From an uncultured virus (IMG/VR IMGVR_UViG_3300009667_000002) (lineage: Duplodnaviria; Heunggongvirae; Uroviricota; Caudoviricetes): DNA of 64,000 nucleotides. The stretch is from positions 1 through 64,000 of the IMG/VR virus record IMGVR_UViG_3300009667_000002. One strand, written 5' to 3'. The first letter of the stretch is position 1. The number at the start of each line of letters is the position of its first letter. A model generated the notes under the pieces. That model saw only the letters and a program-made list of their open reading frames with translations, was not told where the DNA came from and made no database searches. A program made the position numbers and the translations under genes. Positions 39,539-48,946 of this stretch are shown in pieces.

Positions 39539-41371
39539 ATGAATAACAAAATACGAATTTTATTTTATAATTCTGATACTGCTGGTGTTAATTATTTTAG
39601 AACACAAACACCTGCAATTGAATTGGAAAAAAATCATTCAGATGATTTTTATATTGAAATTAATCCACACATAGATTTTAATGATTTAAAAACATTAGAT
39701 TATTTAAAATCTTTTGATATTATACATTATCATCGTCAATTACATGGTAATTTGAATATTATGAATAATTTATCAAAAGAATTAAAAAAATCTGGTGTGC
39801 TATTAATAGCAGATATTGATGATTATTGGTATTTACCACAACAACATCCTTTTTATACATTAAGTCGTGAAAGAAAATTACATATTCCAATTATTGAAAA
39901 TTTAAAAATTGCTGATTATGTAACAACAACAACAGATTTGTTTGCATCTGAAATAAAAAAAATAACAAATAAAGATAATGTTGAGGTTTTTTATAATTCA
40001 ATAAATCCAATTTGGATGAAACAATTTCAAAATAACTGGAAACCTGACCCTGATGGTCGTGTTAGAATAACATATATGGCAGGTTCTTGCTATGATGACA
40101 AAACAGAAATATTAACGGAAGATGGTTGGAAATTATTTAAAGATTTAAATAAAACAGAACAAGTTGCAACGTTAAATCCAGAAACAAATCTTATTGAATA
40201 TCAAAAACCAACTGAATATATAAATGAACCATATGATGGTGATATGTATTATGCTTCAGATTGTGCTATTGATTTTGCAGTAACACCAAATCATAAAATG
40301 TACGTTTCTTTTGATTTAAAATCTGGGTTTGAATTAGTTGAAATGTCAGAAGTTTTTAATAAAAAATCAAATTTTTATTTTAAAAGAGAAAAAAATTTAA
40401 TTGAAACCGAATGTGTAAATGAATGTCCAAAAATACTTTATTATAAAGTTTCAAAAAAAACATATAAAGGAAATATTTATTGTGTTAATGTTCCAAATCA
40501 CATAATATATGTTAGAAGAAACGGTAAAAGTTATTGGTGTGGGAATTCACATTTGGGTGATATTGAACAATTAAGGGGTGTTATAAATGTATTATCTAAT
40601 GATTGGGAATTAAAAGATAAATTTAAGGTAATTATTGCTGGTTGGGATGCTGAAGGAGATACTACTGAATATAGTTTCAATAATGAATTTAAATTTGAAC
40701 TTGAAAAAAGGGGATTGTGGACATCAAATATAATTAAAGCAATTAATTCTTCAAAAGGTAATGTTGATATGTTACCAATACCAAATGAATTAAAAAATAA
40801 ATATAGAAATAAAATTTTTAATGAAAGTAAACGTAGTATTAAGTCTGAAGAATCAGTATATTATCAATATGAGAAAATTTTAACCGATAATCACAATATG
40901 ATAAAGAATGAAGATTATTTATCGTGGTTAATGAATTTTGAAAGAAATATTAAGTATGATAATGAAGGTAATTATGCTCGTAGATGGACTGAAAAAGCAA
41001 ATATTTATGCTAAAGTATTAGATGAAACGGATATTGTATTAGCACCATTATCAGATAATAAATTCAATCATTTAAAATCAAATTTAAAACAAGTTGAATG
41101 TTGGAGTAGAAAATTACCTATTGTTTGTAGTGATATACCACCATATAATATTCATGGGAAACATATGAAGAATTGTATATTAATACCACCAGAAAAAAAT
41201 GCACGTAAATATTGGATAAAAAACTTAAAAAAATTAATTTTAGACCCAAATTTAAGAAAAGAATTGGGTGAAAATTTATATAATGATTTTAAGGATGAAT
41301 ATCATTTAACAAATGTTACAAAAAAACGTGCAGATTTTTATAAAAGAATAATCAATAAAAATAACAAATAA
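39539..41371 (+). CDS. GT-B (GT4-like) glycosyltransferase with mini-intein
   Basis: GVNYFR..P, DIDDYW, AGS|SH.D, DIVLAPL..N.FN..KSNLK..E, SD.PPY. Confidence 0.85.
   Translation: MNNKIRILFYNSDTAGVNYFRTQTPAIELEKNHSDDFYIEINPHIDFNDLKTLDYLKSFDIIHYHRQLHGNLNIMNNLSKELKKSGVLLIADIDDYWYLPQQHPFYTLSRERKLHIPIIENLKIADYVTTTTDLFASEIKKITNKDNVEVFYNSINPIWMKQFQNNWKPDPDGRVRITYMAGSCYDDKTEILTEDGWKLFKDLNKTEQVATLNPETNLIEYQKPTEYINEPYDGDMYYASDCAIDFAVTPNHKMYVSFDLKSGFELVEMSEVFNKKSNFYFKREKNLIETECVNECPKILYYKVSKKTYKGNIYCVNVPNHIIYVRRNGKSYWCGNSHLGDIEQLRGVINVLSNDWELKDKFKVIIAGWDAEGDTTEYSFNNEFKFELEKRGLWTSNIIKAINSSKGNVDMLPIPNELKNKYRNKIFNESKRSIKSEESVYYQYEKILTDNHNMIKNEDYLSWLMNFERNIKYDNEGNYARRWTEKANIYAKVLDETDIVLAPLSDNKFNHLKSNLKQVECWSRKLPIVCSDIPPYNIHGKHMKNCILIPPEKNARKYWIKNLKKLILDPNLRKELGENLYNDFKDEYHLTNVTKKRADFYKRIINKNNK
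40088..40546 (+). mobile_element. mini-intein (153 aa)
   Basis: CYDDKTEILT..GW; VTPNH block B; YCVNVPNH; ends WCGN|S. Confidence 0.9.
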
Positions 41372-41384
41372 AAGGTGTATAATT

Positions 41385-41759
41385 ATGAAAATAATTTTAA
41401 ATTATTTTAAAAGAATTAATGATAATAGAAAACGTAGAAATAACGTTAAAAAATTTTTAGAATATTATAAAGATGGGATGACAAAACAAAAATATCGTCT
41501 TTTATTTAAATCATTTATGAAAATAACATATATTAATGATTTTTTTAATAAAAAGGATAATAAAATTATTTTGCCAACTAATGAAACTATTAATAAAATA
41601 ATATCAATTATTAATGAACATACAGAAAAACAATATAGTTATGAAAATATAGAAAAATTGAAAAAAATAAACGAAAAATTATCTTTGGATATTAATAAAT
41701 ATATTGAAGAAAATAATAAATTGGAAGAAAAGTTAAAAATAATAAAGAAGAATGTTTAA
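41385..41759 (+). CDS. hypothetical protein
   Basis: ORF in operon. Confidence 0.55.
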   Translation: MKIILNYFKRINDNRKRRNNVKKFLEYYKDGMTKQKYRLLFKSFMKITYINDFFNKKDNKIILPTNETINKIISIINEHTEKQYSYENIEKLKKINEKLSLDINKYIEENNKLEEKLKIIKKNV

Positions 41760-42666
41760 AAAACTTATATTTTGGTTATATTTAAAATTTTATTCAATTC
41801 TTATTAGAATAAGCATTGCATTATTTAATACTGAAATTGAATTATTAAAAGCAGACCCTAATATTACAAAAGAAAAGGACAAAAAAATTCAACGTAAAAG
41901 GCATAGAAATGAATTATTAGAAAAATTTTACGTTGGAATACGTGATAGTAAATATATTAAAGAATATTATGAATTATTAAAAAAATCTGATGATGTCATG
42001 TTAAAATCATCACAGGAAAGATTTGTTGTACTATCAGATAAACATTTATTTTTTAAAGATAGAAATTCAAAGGATGATGGTGTGAATATTAAAGATGAAC
42101 ATGGTAGAAGGTATGCACATTTTGGATTTTTTGATGAAAAACATAAACATAGCGGTAAAACAATGGGTGAGGTTTTAGAATTAGAATTGGTTGAAAGGAA
42201 AACCAATGATGATGATTATGAAATATTATATATATTCAATAATACACCAATTGAATTAGGATTAAGCCAATCTGCTAATTTTTTAGACAAAAAAATTAAC
42301 GATGATTATGAATTAAAAAAATCATGGAAAAACAGAAAATTTCCTTTAACAATATACCGTGAAACAGAACAAGATGTTATTAATAAAATTGAAGAAATAA
42401 CAGAATTTTTACATGTAAAAAAAATTAACTTTAATGAAAGGCAATTGGAATTTTTTATACCCCTAAAGTTTAAAATAAATGAAGTTGATAATAATTCAAA
42501 TATTTTTAATGAATTGGTAAATATTAAATCTGTATACATTAAAAACAAATATGGTGAATTAATTGGATTCACCATTAATAGTTTTATAAAAAGAATTGAA
42601 TATAATCAAACACATGAAGTTTGGAAATTTCATGGGATTGAAATGGAAACAATAAAAAAAATATAA
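41752..42666 (+). CDS. hypothetical protein
   Basis: 304 aa ORF in operon. Confidence 0.65.
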   Translation: MFKKLIFWLYLKFYSILIRISIALFNTEIELLKADPNITKEKDKKIQRKRHRNELLEKFYVGIRDSKYIKEYYELLKKSDDVMLKSSQERFVVLSDKHLFFKDRNSKDDGVNIKDEHGRRYAHFGFFDEKHKHSGKTMGEVLELELVERKTNDDDYEILYIFNNTPIELGLSQSANFLDKKINDDYELKKSWKNRKFPLTIYRETEQDVINKIEEITEFLHVKKINFNERQLEFFIPLKFKINEVDNNSNIFNELVNIKSVYIKNKYGELIGFTINSFIKRIEYNQTHEVWKFHGIEMETIKKI

Positions 42667-42668
42667 TT

Positions 42669-43088
42669 ATGGGAAATATGGATTTTTTAAAAAATTTAAA
42701 AGATGCTTTAGATTCTGGTGATTTTAATTCAGATGCAGCAAAAAAAATTGGTGAAATTAATAAAATGGCAGATGAAATTAATATTAATCTATCAAACGAT
42801 GAAATATCTGATAAATTAAATAAATTTGGTGTAAAAAATATTGATGAAAACGATATTAAAATGAATGAAATATTTGATGAAACAATTAAAGATATAAAGA
42901 AAGATGATTTATTTAATAAAATAATTGCAAATTTATTGAATATTAATAAATCAATAGAAAATATTATTAATAATGAATTAATACCATATTTAAAAAATAT
43001 TGAGAATGAGTATAATGAAGAAATAAAAAATAATCAAAATTTGAATAGTCTAATAATTAAAATAAAAGAAAAATATAAGATTAAATAA
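42669..43088 (+). CDS. hypothetical protein
   Basis: ORF followed by terminator. Confidence 0.6.
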   Translation: MGNMDFLKNLKDALDSGDFNSDAAKKIGEINKMADEININLSNDEISDKLNKFGVKNIDENDIKMNEIFDETIKDIKKDDLFNKIIANLLNINKSIENIINNELIPYLKNIENEYNEEIKNNQNLNSLIIKIKEKYKIK

Positions 43089-43113
43089 TTTTTTTATTAG
43101 TTTTTATCCTTTT

Positions 43114-43143
43114 AAATCCAAAGCATTATGTTTGGATTTTTTT
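43114..43143 (+). terminator. Rho-independent terminator
   Basis: aaatccaaagca-tta-tgtttggattt plus Ts. Confidence 0.7.
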
Positions 43144-43148
43144 AGTTA

Positions 43149-43156
43149 GTATTTAT
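43149..43156 (+). promoter_or_regulatory. putative late promoter GTATTTAT
   Basis: Upstream of baseplate operon. Confidence 0.65.
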
Positions 43157-43171
43157 AAAAAAATAAAAACA

Positions 43172-43567
43172 ATGAATTCTCTTAATATCAAATATCCTTT
43201 TGAAGATAATAAAAACACTAACGAATTTTTAAAAACAAATATTATAACTAAAGATTCATATATTTCTAATTTAATTTTGTTATTAACAACAGAAAAGGGT
43301 GAACGATATTATGACCCTAATTTTGGTACTAATTTGTTGAAACACGTATTTGAATTTAATGATGATACAACTGCGTATAATATTGAAAAGAATTTAAGAG
43401 ATACTGTATCATTGTATATGCCTGAAATTGAAATTACAAATGTTAGTTTTGATTTTGATGGTGATGATGAAAATAAAGTATTAGATAATCAACTAAATAT
43501 AAATATTGAATTTAGATATAATAATGGTTATTATAAAGAAGAAGGTAATATTAACATAATAATATAA
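43172..43567 (+). CDS. baseplate protein, T4 gp25/GPW-like
   Basis: LLLTTEKGERYYDPNFGTNL...FE motif. Confidence 0.9.
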   Translation: MNSLNIKYPFEDNKNTNEFLKTNIITKDSYISNLILLLTTEKGERYYDPNFGTNLLKHVFEFNDDTTAYNIEKNLRDTVSLYMPEIEITNVSFDFDGDDENKVLDNQLNINIEFRYNNGYYKEEGNINIII

Positions 43568-43574
43568 ATAAATT

Positions 43575-45383
43575 ATGAGTGATAATATAATTAAATATGG
43601 GAGTAGAACATTTGGTGAAATTAGAGAAGATTTAATTTCAATGATAAAACAATCATATTCTGATGTTCTTAGTGATTTTAGTGATTCTAGTGTTGGTTCT
43701 ATGCTTATTGATATTAATGCTGGTGTTGCAAATAATTTAGCAATTAATACCGATAGAGTTTTTCAAGAAACCCAATTGGATAATGCTCAACAAATATCAT
43801 CAATACTTAATATTGCTAAAAATATGGGTTTTAATATACCACCCAAAAGACCATCAGTGACAGTAGTTGATTTTACTGTGACAATACCTGTACTTGGTGA
43901 TAAACCAGACCCAAATTATTATCCTATTTTAGAATCAGGCGCACAATTAATTGGTGGTGGTAAAATATTTGAAACACAAAACAAAATAGATTGGAGTTTA
44001 CCTAAAAATAGAAGAATTATACCTAATACAGATTCTAATGGTATTATTATTAATTACGATGTTACAAAACGAGATGTTGTTTTTAATGGTAGTTCACAAA
44101 TCTATAGAAAAGTTATTACATCAAGTGATGTTGTACCATTTTTTTCAATAACACTACCAGATTCAAATATTATTGGTATAGATAGTGTTATATTAATGGA
44201 AGGTACTAATGTTGAGGTTACAGATAACGATTTTAAAAATTCAATAATTAGATATTATGAGGTTGATTATTTAGCACAGCAAAGAGTATTTGTTGAAGAT
44301 TTTGAAAATTCAAATCCAAAATCAGATTTAAAGATTGGTAAATGGATTGATGTAACTAAAAAATTTATAAAAGAATTCACACCAAATGGTTTTTGTAAGT
44401 TAACTTTTGGTTCAGGCGATGCTACAAATAATGCATTTCGTGATGGTTTATTAAAAGATGGTATTACTAACAAATATTTTCTTGAAAATTTTTTAAATAA
44501 TACATCGTTAGGTGAAAAACTAAAAAGTGGTTATACATTATTTGTTAAATATAGAACTGGTGGTGGTAGTAATTCTAATATTGGGAGTAACGTATTAACA
44601 AAAATTAGTAACTATAATTTAGTTGTTAATGGTAGTTTAGAAACACTAAATAGACAAATTCGTGATAGTATTAAAGTTAATAATCCAATACCAGCAATTG
44701 GTGGTAATGATGGTTTAACTGTTGAACAAATTAGAAATTTAATAAAATATAATTTTTCTAGTCAATATAGAGATGTTACATTAAATGATTATTTGTTACA
44801 AGTTTATAAAATGCCAGGAAAATTTGGTTCACCGTTTAGACTAAATGCATATAAAGAAAATAATAAAGTGATTATTTCAATTATTAATATTGGTTCGGAT
44901 GGTAAACTTTCAAATAAAAGTAACGATTTGTTGAAACAAAATATTGCTGAATATCTTTCACAATTTCGTATGATTAATGATTATATTGAAATTAAAGATG
45001 GTAAAATTTTTAATTTAGCATTTGATATTGATATATATGTTGATAATATTAACGACAATCAAATTGCTAATGGTGTTATTAATGTTGTGAAAAAATATTT
45101 TGATGTTAATAATTCTGAAATGAATAAAGATGTTTTTATTGGAAAATTACAAACAGAAATACTTTCGGTTTCAGGTGTTGTTAATGTTATAGACATTAGT
45201 GTTTACAATAAAGTTGGTAATGGTTATTCACACAATACAATATCACAAGAAATATCTGATGTTAAAACAGGAAAAATTCTTTTGATTAATAATACAATAT
45301 ATTCATCAGAAGATTCAATGTTTGAAATAAAATATCCAGAAAAAGATATTAAAATTTTAATGAGAAAAAATGTGGAAATTTAA
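43575..45383 (+). CDS. baseplate wedge protein, T4 gp6-like
   Basis: QETQLDNAQ..S..NIAK.MG; LTFG.G; YRTGGG; GG.D; Q.R.VT..DY. Confidence 0.85.
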   Translation: MSDNIIKYGSRTFGEIREDLISMIKQSYSDVLSDFSDSSVGSMLIDINAGVANNLAINTDRVFQETQLDNAQQISSILNIAKNMGFNIPPKRPSVTVVDFTVTIPVLGDKPDPNYYPILESGAQLIGGGKIFETQNKIDWSLPKNRRIIPNTDSNGIIINYDVTKRDVVFNGSSQIYRKVITSSDVVPFFSITLPDSNIIGIDSVILMEGTNVEVTDNDFKNSIIRYYEVDYLAQQRVFVEDFENSNPKSDLKIGKWIDVTKKFIKEFTPNGFCKLTFGSGDATNNAFRDGLLKDGITNKYFLENFLNNTSLGEKLKSGYTLFVKYRTGGGSNSNIGSNVLTKISNYNLVVNGSLETLNRQIRDSIKVNNPIPAIGGNDGLTVEQIRNLIKYNFSSQYRDVTLNDYLLQVYKMPGKFGSPFRLNAYKENNKVIISIINIGSDGKLSNKSNDLLKQNIAEYLSQFRMINDYIEIKDGKIFNLAFDIDIYVDNINDNQIANGVINVVKKYFDVNNSEMNKDVFIGKLQTEILSVSGVVNVIDISVYNKVGNGYSHNTISQEISDVKTGKILLINNTIYSSEDSMFEIKYPEKDIKILMRKNVEI

Positions 45384-45394
45384 TTATATTGATT

Positions 45395-45661
45395 GTGGAA
45401 GTAATAAAGAAAAAAATATTACAAGCATTAACAACAGGTAAAACTGAAAGTTCTACAGGGAATACATATATTATAATACCAGATTTAACAAAAGTATATA
45501 ATATAAAATTTTTATTAAATCAAGATGTTGAAAATTTAGGTTTTTTTGATGTGGTTTCTGATAAAATTGTTAATGATGAATATGATTATTATTATGAATA
45601 TGGATATAAAAATAATAAAACAGAATCAATAGAACCAGTTGGATTAAACAATTTATTATGA
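45395..45661 (+). CDS. structural protein, possible N-terminal half of a split gene (GTG start)
   Basis: TGxT motifs; ends with DYYY..EPVGLNNLL tag. Confidence 0.55.
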   Translation: MEVIKKKILQALTTGKTESSTGNTYIIIPDLTKVYNIKFLLNQDVENLGFFDVVSDKIVNDEYDYYYEYGYKNNKTESIEPVGLNNLL

Positions 45662-46605
45662 AAATAATACAAACATATTATCAAATAGATAAGAAAACAG
45701 ATACTAAAAATTTTAACGATAGTAATATATATTTATTAAATTTTTATTCGTTATTATTAAGTTATTTAACAATAAAAAAACTTTATGGAAACGTTGAAAT
45801 ATATTCTAATAAATTAGCGTATGATAAAATATTAAAATATATACCATACGATAACAATATTATTATCGATGAAAACAATAATATAAATTCCTACAATTAT
45901 TTAAATGAATGGGATTTTTTTAAATTTAATGTTTATGAAAAACAAAAAGAACCGTTTATTCATATTGAAGGTGATGTTTTTATTTTTAAAGATTTGTTAT
46001 CTGAATATATAAATAATAAAACATATGATGGTATTGTACAATCAATAGAAACATCAAAATCGTTATTTTATAATAATTTTTATTTCTCAAACATTGATAT
46101 GTTAGAGAAACATGATTTTATTGATAAAAAGAAAATAGAAAAATCATATGAAAAATATTCACAAATTATATCATATAATTGTGGTGTTGTTGGTTTTAGA
46201 AATATGGAATTTTTTAATGAATATCTTCTTAATGTAAAAAAAATGATTGATTTGATAAATAAAGGAATTTTAAAAATAAAAAATCAATCAAATTATATTG
46301 AACAATTTACATTATATTCATTATCTCAAAAATTAAATAAAAAAATATATGAAGTATTGCCAGAAAGCGATATATTAAAATATGGATACAATCAAACAGG
46401 TAATATGCATGGTTATACGCATTTATTGGGTAAAAATAAATATGTTGGTAGTTTTATTGTACTAATAAGAAATAAAATAATAAAAAATTTCCCAAAATAT
46501 AAAAAAAATATAGAAATGTTTGAAAATTCATTAAATGATTTTGATTTTATGACAATTAAACATAAAGACGAAAATAAATTTTTAAAAAGTTTTAATAATA
46601 AATGA
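45658..46605 (+). CDS. DUF6734-like putative GT-A glycosyltransferase
   Basis: S......YGNVEIYS..IPYD..W...K...Y..Q.EPFIHIEGDVF..NCGVVG..IEQ..YTHLLG. Confidence 0.65.
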   Translation: MKIIQTYYQIDKKTDTKNFNDSNIYLLNFYSLLLSYLTIKKLYGNVEIYSNKLAYDKILKYIPYDNNIIIDENNNINSYNYLNEWDFFKFNVYEKQKEPFIHIEGDVFIFKDLLSEYINNKTYDGIVQSIETSKSLFYNNFYFSNIDMLEKHDFIDKKKIEKSYEKYSQIISYNCGVVGFRNMEFFNEYLLNVKKMIDLINKGILKIKNQSNYIEQFTLYSLSQKLNKKIYEVLPESDILKYGYNQTGNMHGYTHLLGKNKYVGSFIVLIRNKIIKNFPKYKKNIEMFENSLNDFDFMTIKHKDENKFLKSFNNK

Positions 46606-47054
46606 AAATATTTGAAAAACATATTGAAATAATAAAATTTTTGGTAAATAATATTAATATTAACGATTTTTTTATTGCTGGTGGTATTGCTGATTATTAT
46701 CACTTTAATAAATTGGGTTATGACACAAATTTAGTGGTTGGTGATGTTGATATTGTCATTTTCAAGAAAAAAACATTCAATGAAATTAAATCGTTGTTTA
46801 GTAATGTTAAAATTAAATTATTTGAAGAACATTCATTATTTTATTTAAACGATAATTTAATTTTAGATGTTTTTTTTAATAAAAACAATCAAGAAATGGA
46901 ATTGGTTGATTGTTTTAATATGGAATTTAATATAGAAACTATTGATTCTAGAATTAAATTATTAAATAATTTCACAAATAATTTATTGGATAAAAAACCA
47001 ATGTATAGAAAAAATTTAAAATATTTAAAAAAATTAGTATACTATGGATTATAA
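46602..47054 (+). CDS. nucleotidyltransferase-fold protein
   Basis: IAGGIA....GDVDIVI...LDVF. Confidence 0.55.
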   Translation: MKIFEKHIEIIKFLVNNININDFFIAGGIADYYHFNKLGYDTNLVVGDVDIVIFKKKTFNEIKSLFSNVKIKLFEEHSLFYLNDNLILDVFFNKNNQEMELVDCFNMEFNIETIDSRIKLLNNFTNNLLDKKPMYRKNLKYLKKLVYYGL

Positions 47055-47493
47055 TATTTTATATGTTTTTAAAACAGAAAAAAATATCGAAAACAATATT
47101 TCTGATAAAATAATTTTTTTGGTATATAGTATATTATTAGCAAACGCATTTTTAAACTCAAATATTGTATTATATACCGATATGAATGGAATGTATGTTT
47201 TTTCAATGTTACCGATTGATGTCAAAATTCAATTTAATAGAAATATAGATGAAATGATAAAAACGGTGAAAGAAAAACAAAAAGAACCATATTTATTATT
47301 AAATTATAATAATCATTTAAAAGAAAATTTAAGATATAATAATAACATTAAATTAAGACAAAAAGGATTGGAAATAAATATTGATGATGAAAATTTTGAA
47401 AATGTTGATGTTAACACCATAAAAAAAAGATTAAAAACCCTTTTAAATTTTAATTATGACGAATTACTTAATAGAATCAATACAATATTATAA
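47044..47493 (+). CDS. short/degenerate DUF6734-like paralog
   Basis: YSILLA..IVLYTD..G..LP and EKQKEP shared with 45658. Confidence 0.5.
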   Translation: MDYNILYVFKTEKNIENNISDKIIFLVYSILLANAFLNSNIVLYTDMNGMYVFSMLPIDVKIQFNRNIDEMIKTVKEKQKEPYLLLNYNNHLKENLRYNNNIKLRQKGLEINIDDENFENVDVNTIKKRLKTLLNFNYDELLNRINTIL

Positions 47494-47936
47494 TGATAAC
47501 AGGTATTACTAAAAATAGCAGATTAAATGAATTGAAAAAATATAGATTAACTAATATTTTTGAAGAACAATATTTTGGTAATGGTAATTTAAATAATGAT
47601 GGTGTTGATTTTAATAATTCAATATCTGGTGTTTCGGTTGTTTATTTTATTAATAGTATAAAATATATAGATAATTTAACAGGAAATACAACATATTTTG
47701 AATATATACCCCAAACAAATCTTAATGATTATGTTGATAAAAATTATTATAAAGATTTAAATAAGAAAAATGTAATAAATAAATCAAAAATATATAATGA
47801 TGTATTTATAGAAAGACAAGAAAAATCAGCATTTGTTGATAATCATAAACTTCAATTTATTGATAATCTTTTAGATTTATTAACATATGCAAGTGGAAAA
47901 TATTTTAATATTGTTGATAATAATAAGTATAATTAA
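47493..47936 (+). CDS. structural protein, possible C-terminal half of a split gene
   Basis: Begins MITGIT..SRL.EL.KY; TGxT motifs. Confidence 0.55.
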   Translation: MITGITKNSRLNELKKYRLTNIFEEQYFGNGNLNNDGVDFNNSISGVSVVYFINSIKYIDNLTGNTTYFEYIPQTNLNDYVDKNYYKDLNKKNVINKSKIYNDVFIERQEKSAFVDNHKLQFIDNLLDLLTYASGKYFNIVDNNKYN

Positions 47937-47945
47937 TTTTTTAAT

Positions 47946-48860
47946 ATGGGTTGTGGTGTATATGGAATAACAAGACCAGCAGATGTTAATATTAATGATA
48001 TTGACATTTTTTATAATTATGTTCCTGATAGAGAAACTGAAAACAATAATATTTTTAGATTAAATTCTTCAGATTTATTATCATATAATTATTTACCTGA
48101 AGAAGAATGGGAATATGATGATGATGAACATAATAATATTTTAGAAGGTTTATATAATTTAAAATTACCAGCAACAATATTTAATCAGTTGGGAATATAT
48201 ACAATTTATATAAAACCAAAAAGTTTTATTGTTAATATAAGTGATGTTGCACCATTATCAGCATTACCAAGCATAAGAGGATTAATTATTGATGTTAACA
48301 AATTACCCGAAGGATTAAGAGGAAATAATGCAATGCAAGGTTATCGTGTTGAATATATAAACACATTAACCAATAATAAGATAAGAAATGTTGTTAGATA
48401 TATTGTTAGTTCTAATAGGGTTGTACCAATAAATGAAAATGTTGGTAATACTAGTCAAAAAGCAACAAGATATAAATTTGATGATACAGGTTCGTTGTTA
48501 TTTCTTCAATTAACCCCAAGTAGTTCAACAGATATTAAACCAAATCTTTCTCCATATATTGGAATACCTAATCAAGATATTATAATATCAAATACCTTTT
48601 TTAATCCTGTTGTTATTGAAGTTGAACTTGTTGAAAATACAATAGATACTTTATCCGATTTAATTGGTGGTGAACAAATTAAAGATGTCGATAATGGTAT
48701 TTTAACATATTATGATAAAAATAGGGTGATTACAAAACAATTTAATATTTTTGAAATAAAAGATGATATTGGAAATGTTTCATTATTTGAAGTTAAAGAA
48801 AAGAGAACAAATATTGATGCAAGTCAAAATTTTGATGATGTTATTAGTGAAATACAATAA
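47946..48860 (+). CDS. putative baseplate/virion structural protein
   Basis: Position in baseplate operon; beta-rich. Confidence 0.5.
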   Translation: MGCGVYGITRPADVNINDIDIFYNYVPDRETENNNIFRLNSSDLLSYNYLPEEEWEYDDDEHNNILEGLYNLKLPATIFNQLGIYTIYIKPKSFIVNISDVAPLSALPSIRGLIIDVNKLPEGLRGNNAMQGYRVEYINTLTNNKIRNVVRYIVSSNRVVPINENVGNTSQKATRYKFDDTGSLLFLQLTPSSSTDIKPNLSPYIGIPNQDIIISNTFFNPVVIEVELVENTIDTLSDLIGGEQIKDVDNGILTYYDKNRVITKQFNIFEIKDDIGNVSLFEVKEKRTNIDASQNFDDVISEIQ

Positions 48861-48885
48861 TTTTTAATTTCTTATTATAATATTT

Positions 48886-48915
48886 AAATCCCAACTAATT
48901 GTTTGGGATTTTTTT
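48886..48915 (+). terminator. Rho-independent terminator
   Basis: aaatccca..tgggattt plus T run. Confidence 0.75.
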
Positions 48916-48922
48916 GTTTATC

Positions 48923-48930
48923 GTATTTAT
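48923..48930 (+). promoter_or_regulatory. putative late promoter GTATTTAT
   Basis: Between terminator and GTG start. Confidence 0.65.
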
Positions 48931-48946
48931 AATAAAATTATTATTT

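Noticed and set aside
45622..47482. agaatcaata direct repeat flanking the DUF6734 cassette as an excision site
   Set aside because: Only 10 AT-rich bp, and deletion between the copies does not join 45395 and 47493 in frame.
48899..48946. ORF-track hydrophobic N-terminus resembling a signal peptide
   Set aside because: It is the translation of a terminator T tract and promoter; GTG at 48947 is the more plausible start. The same applies to 59796-59819.
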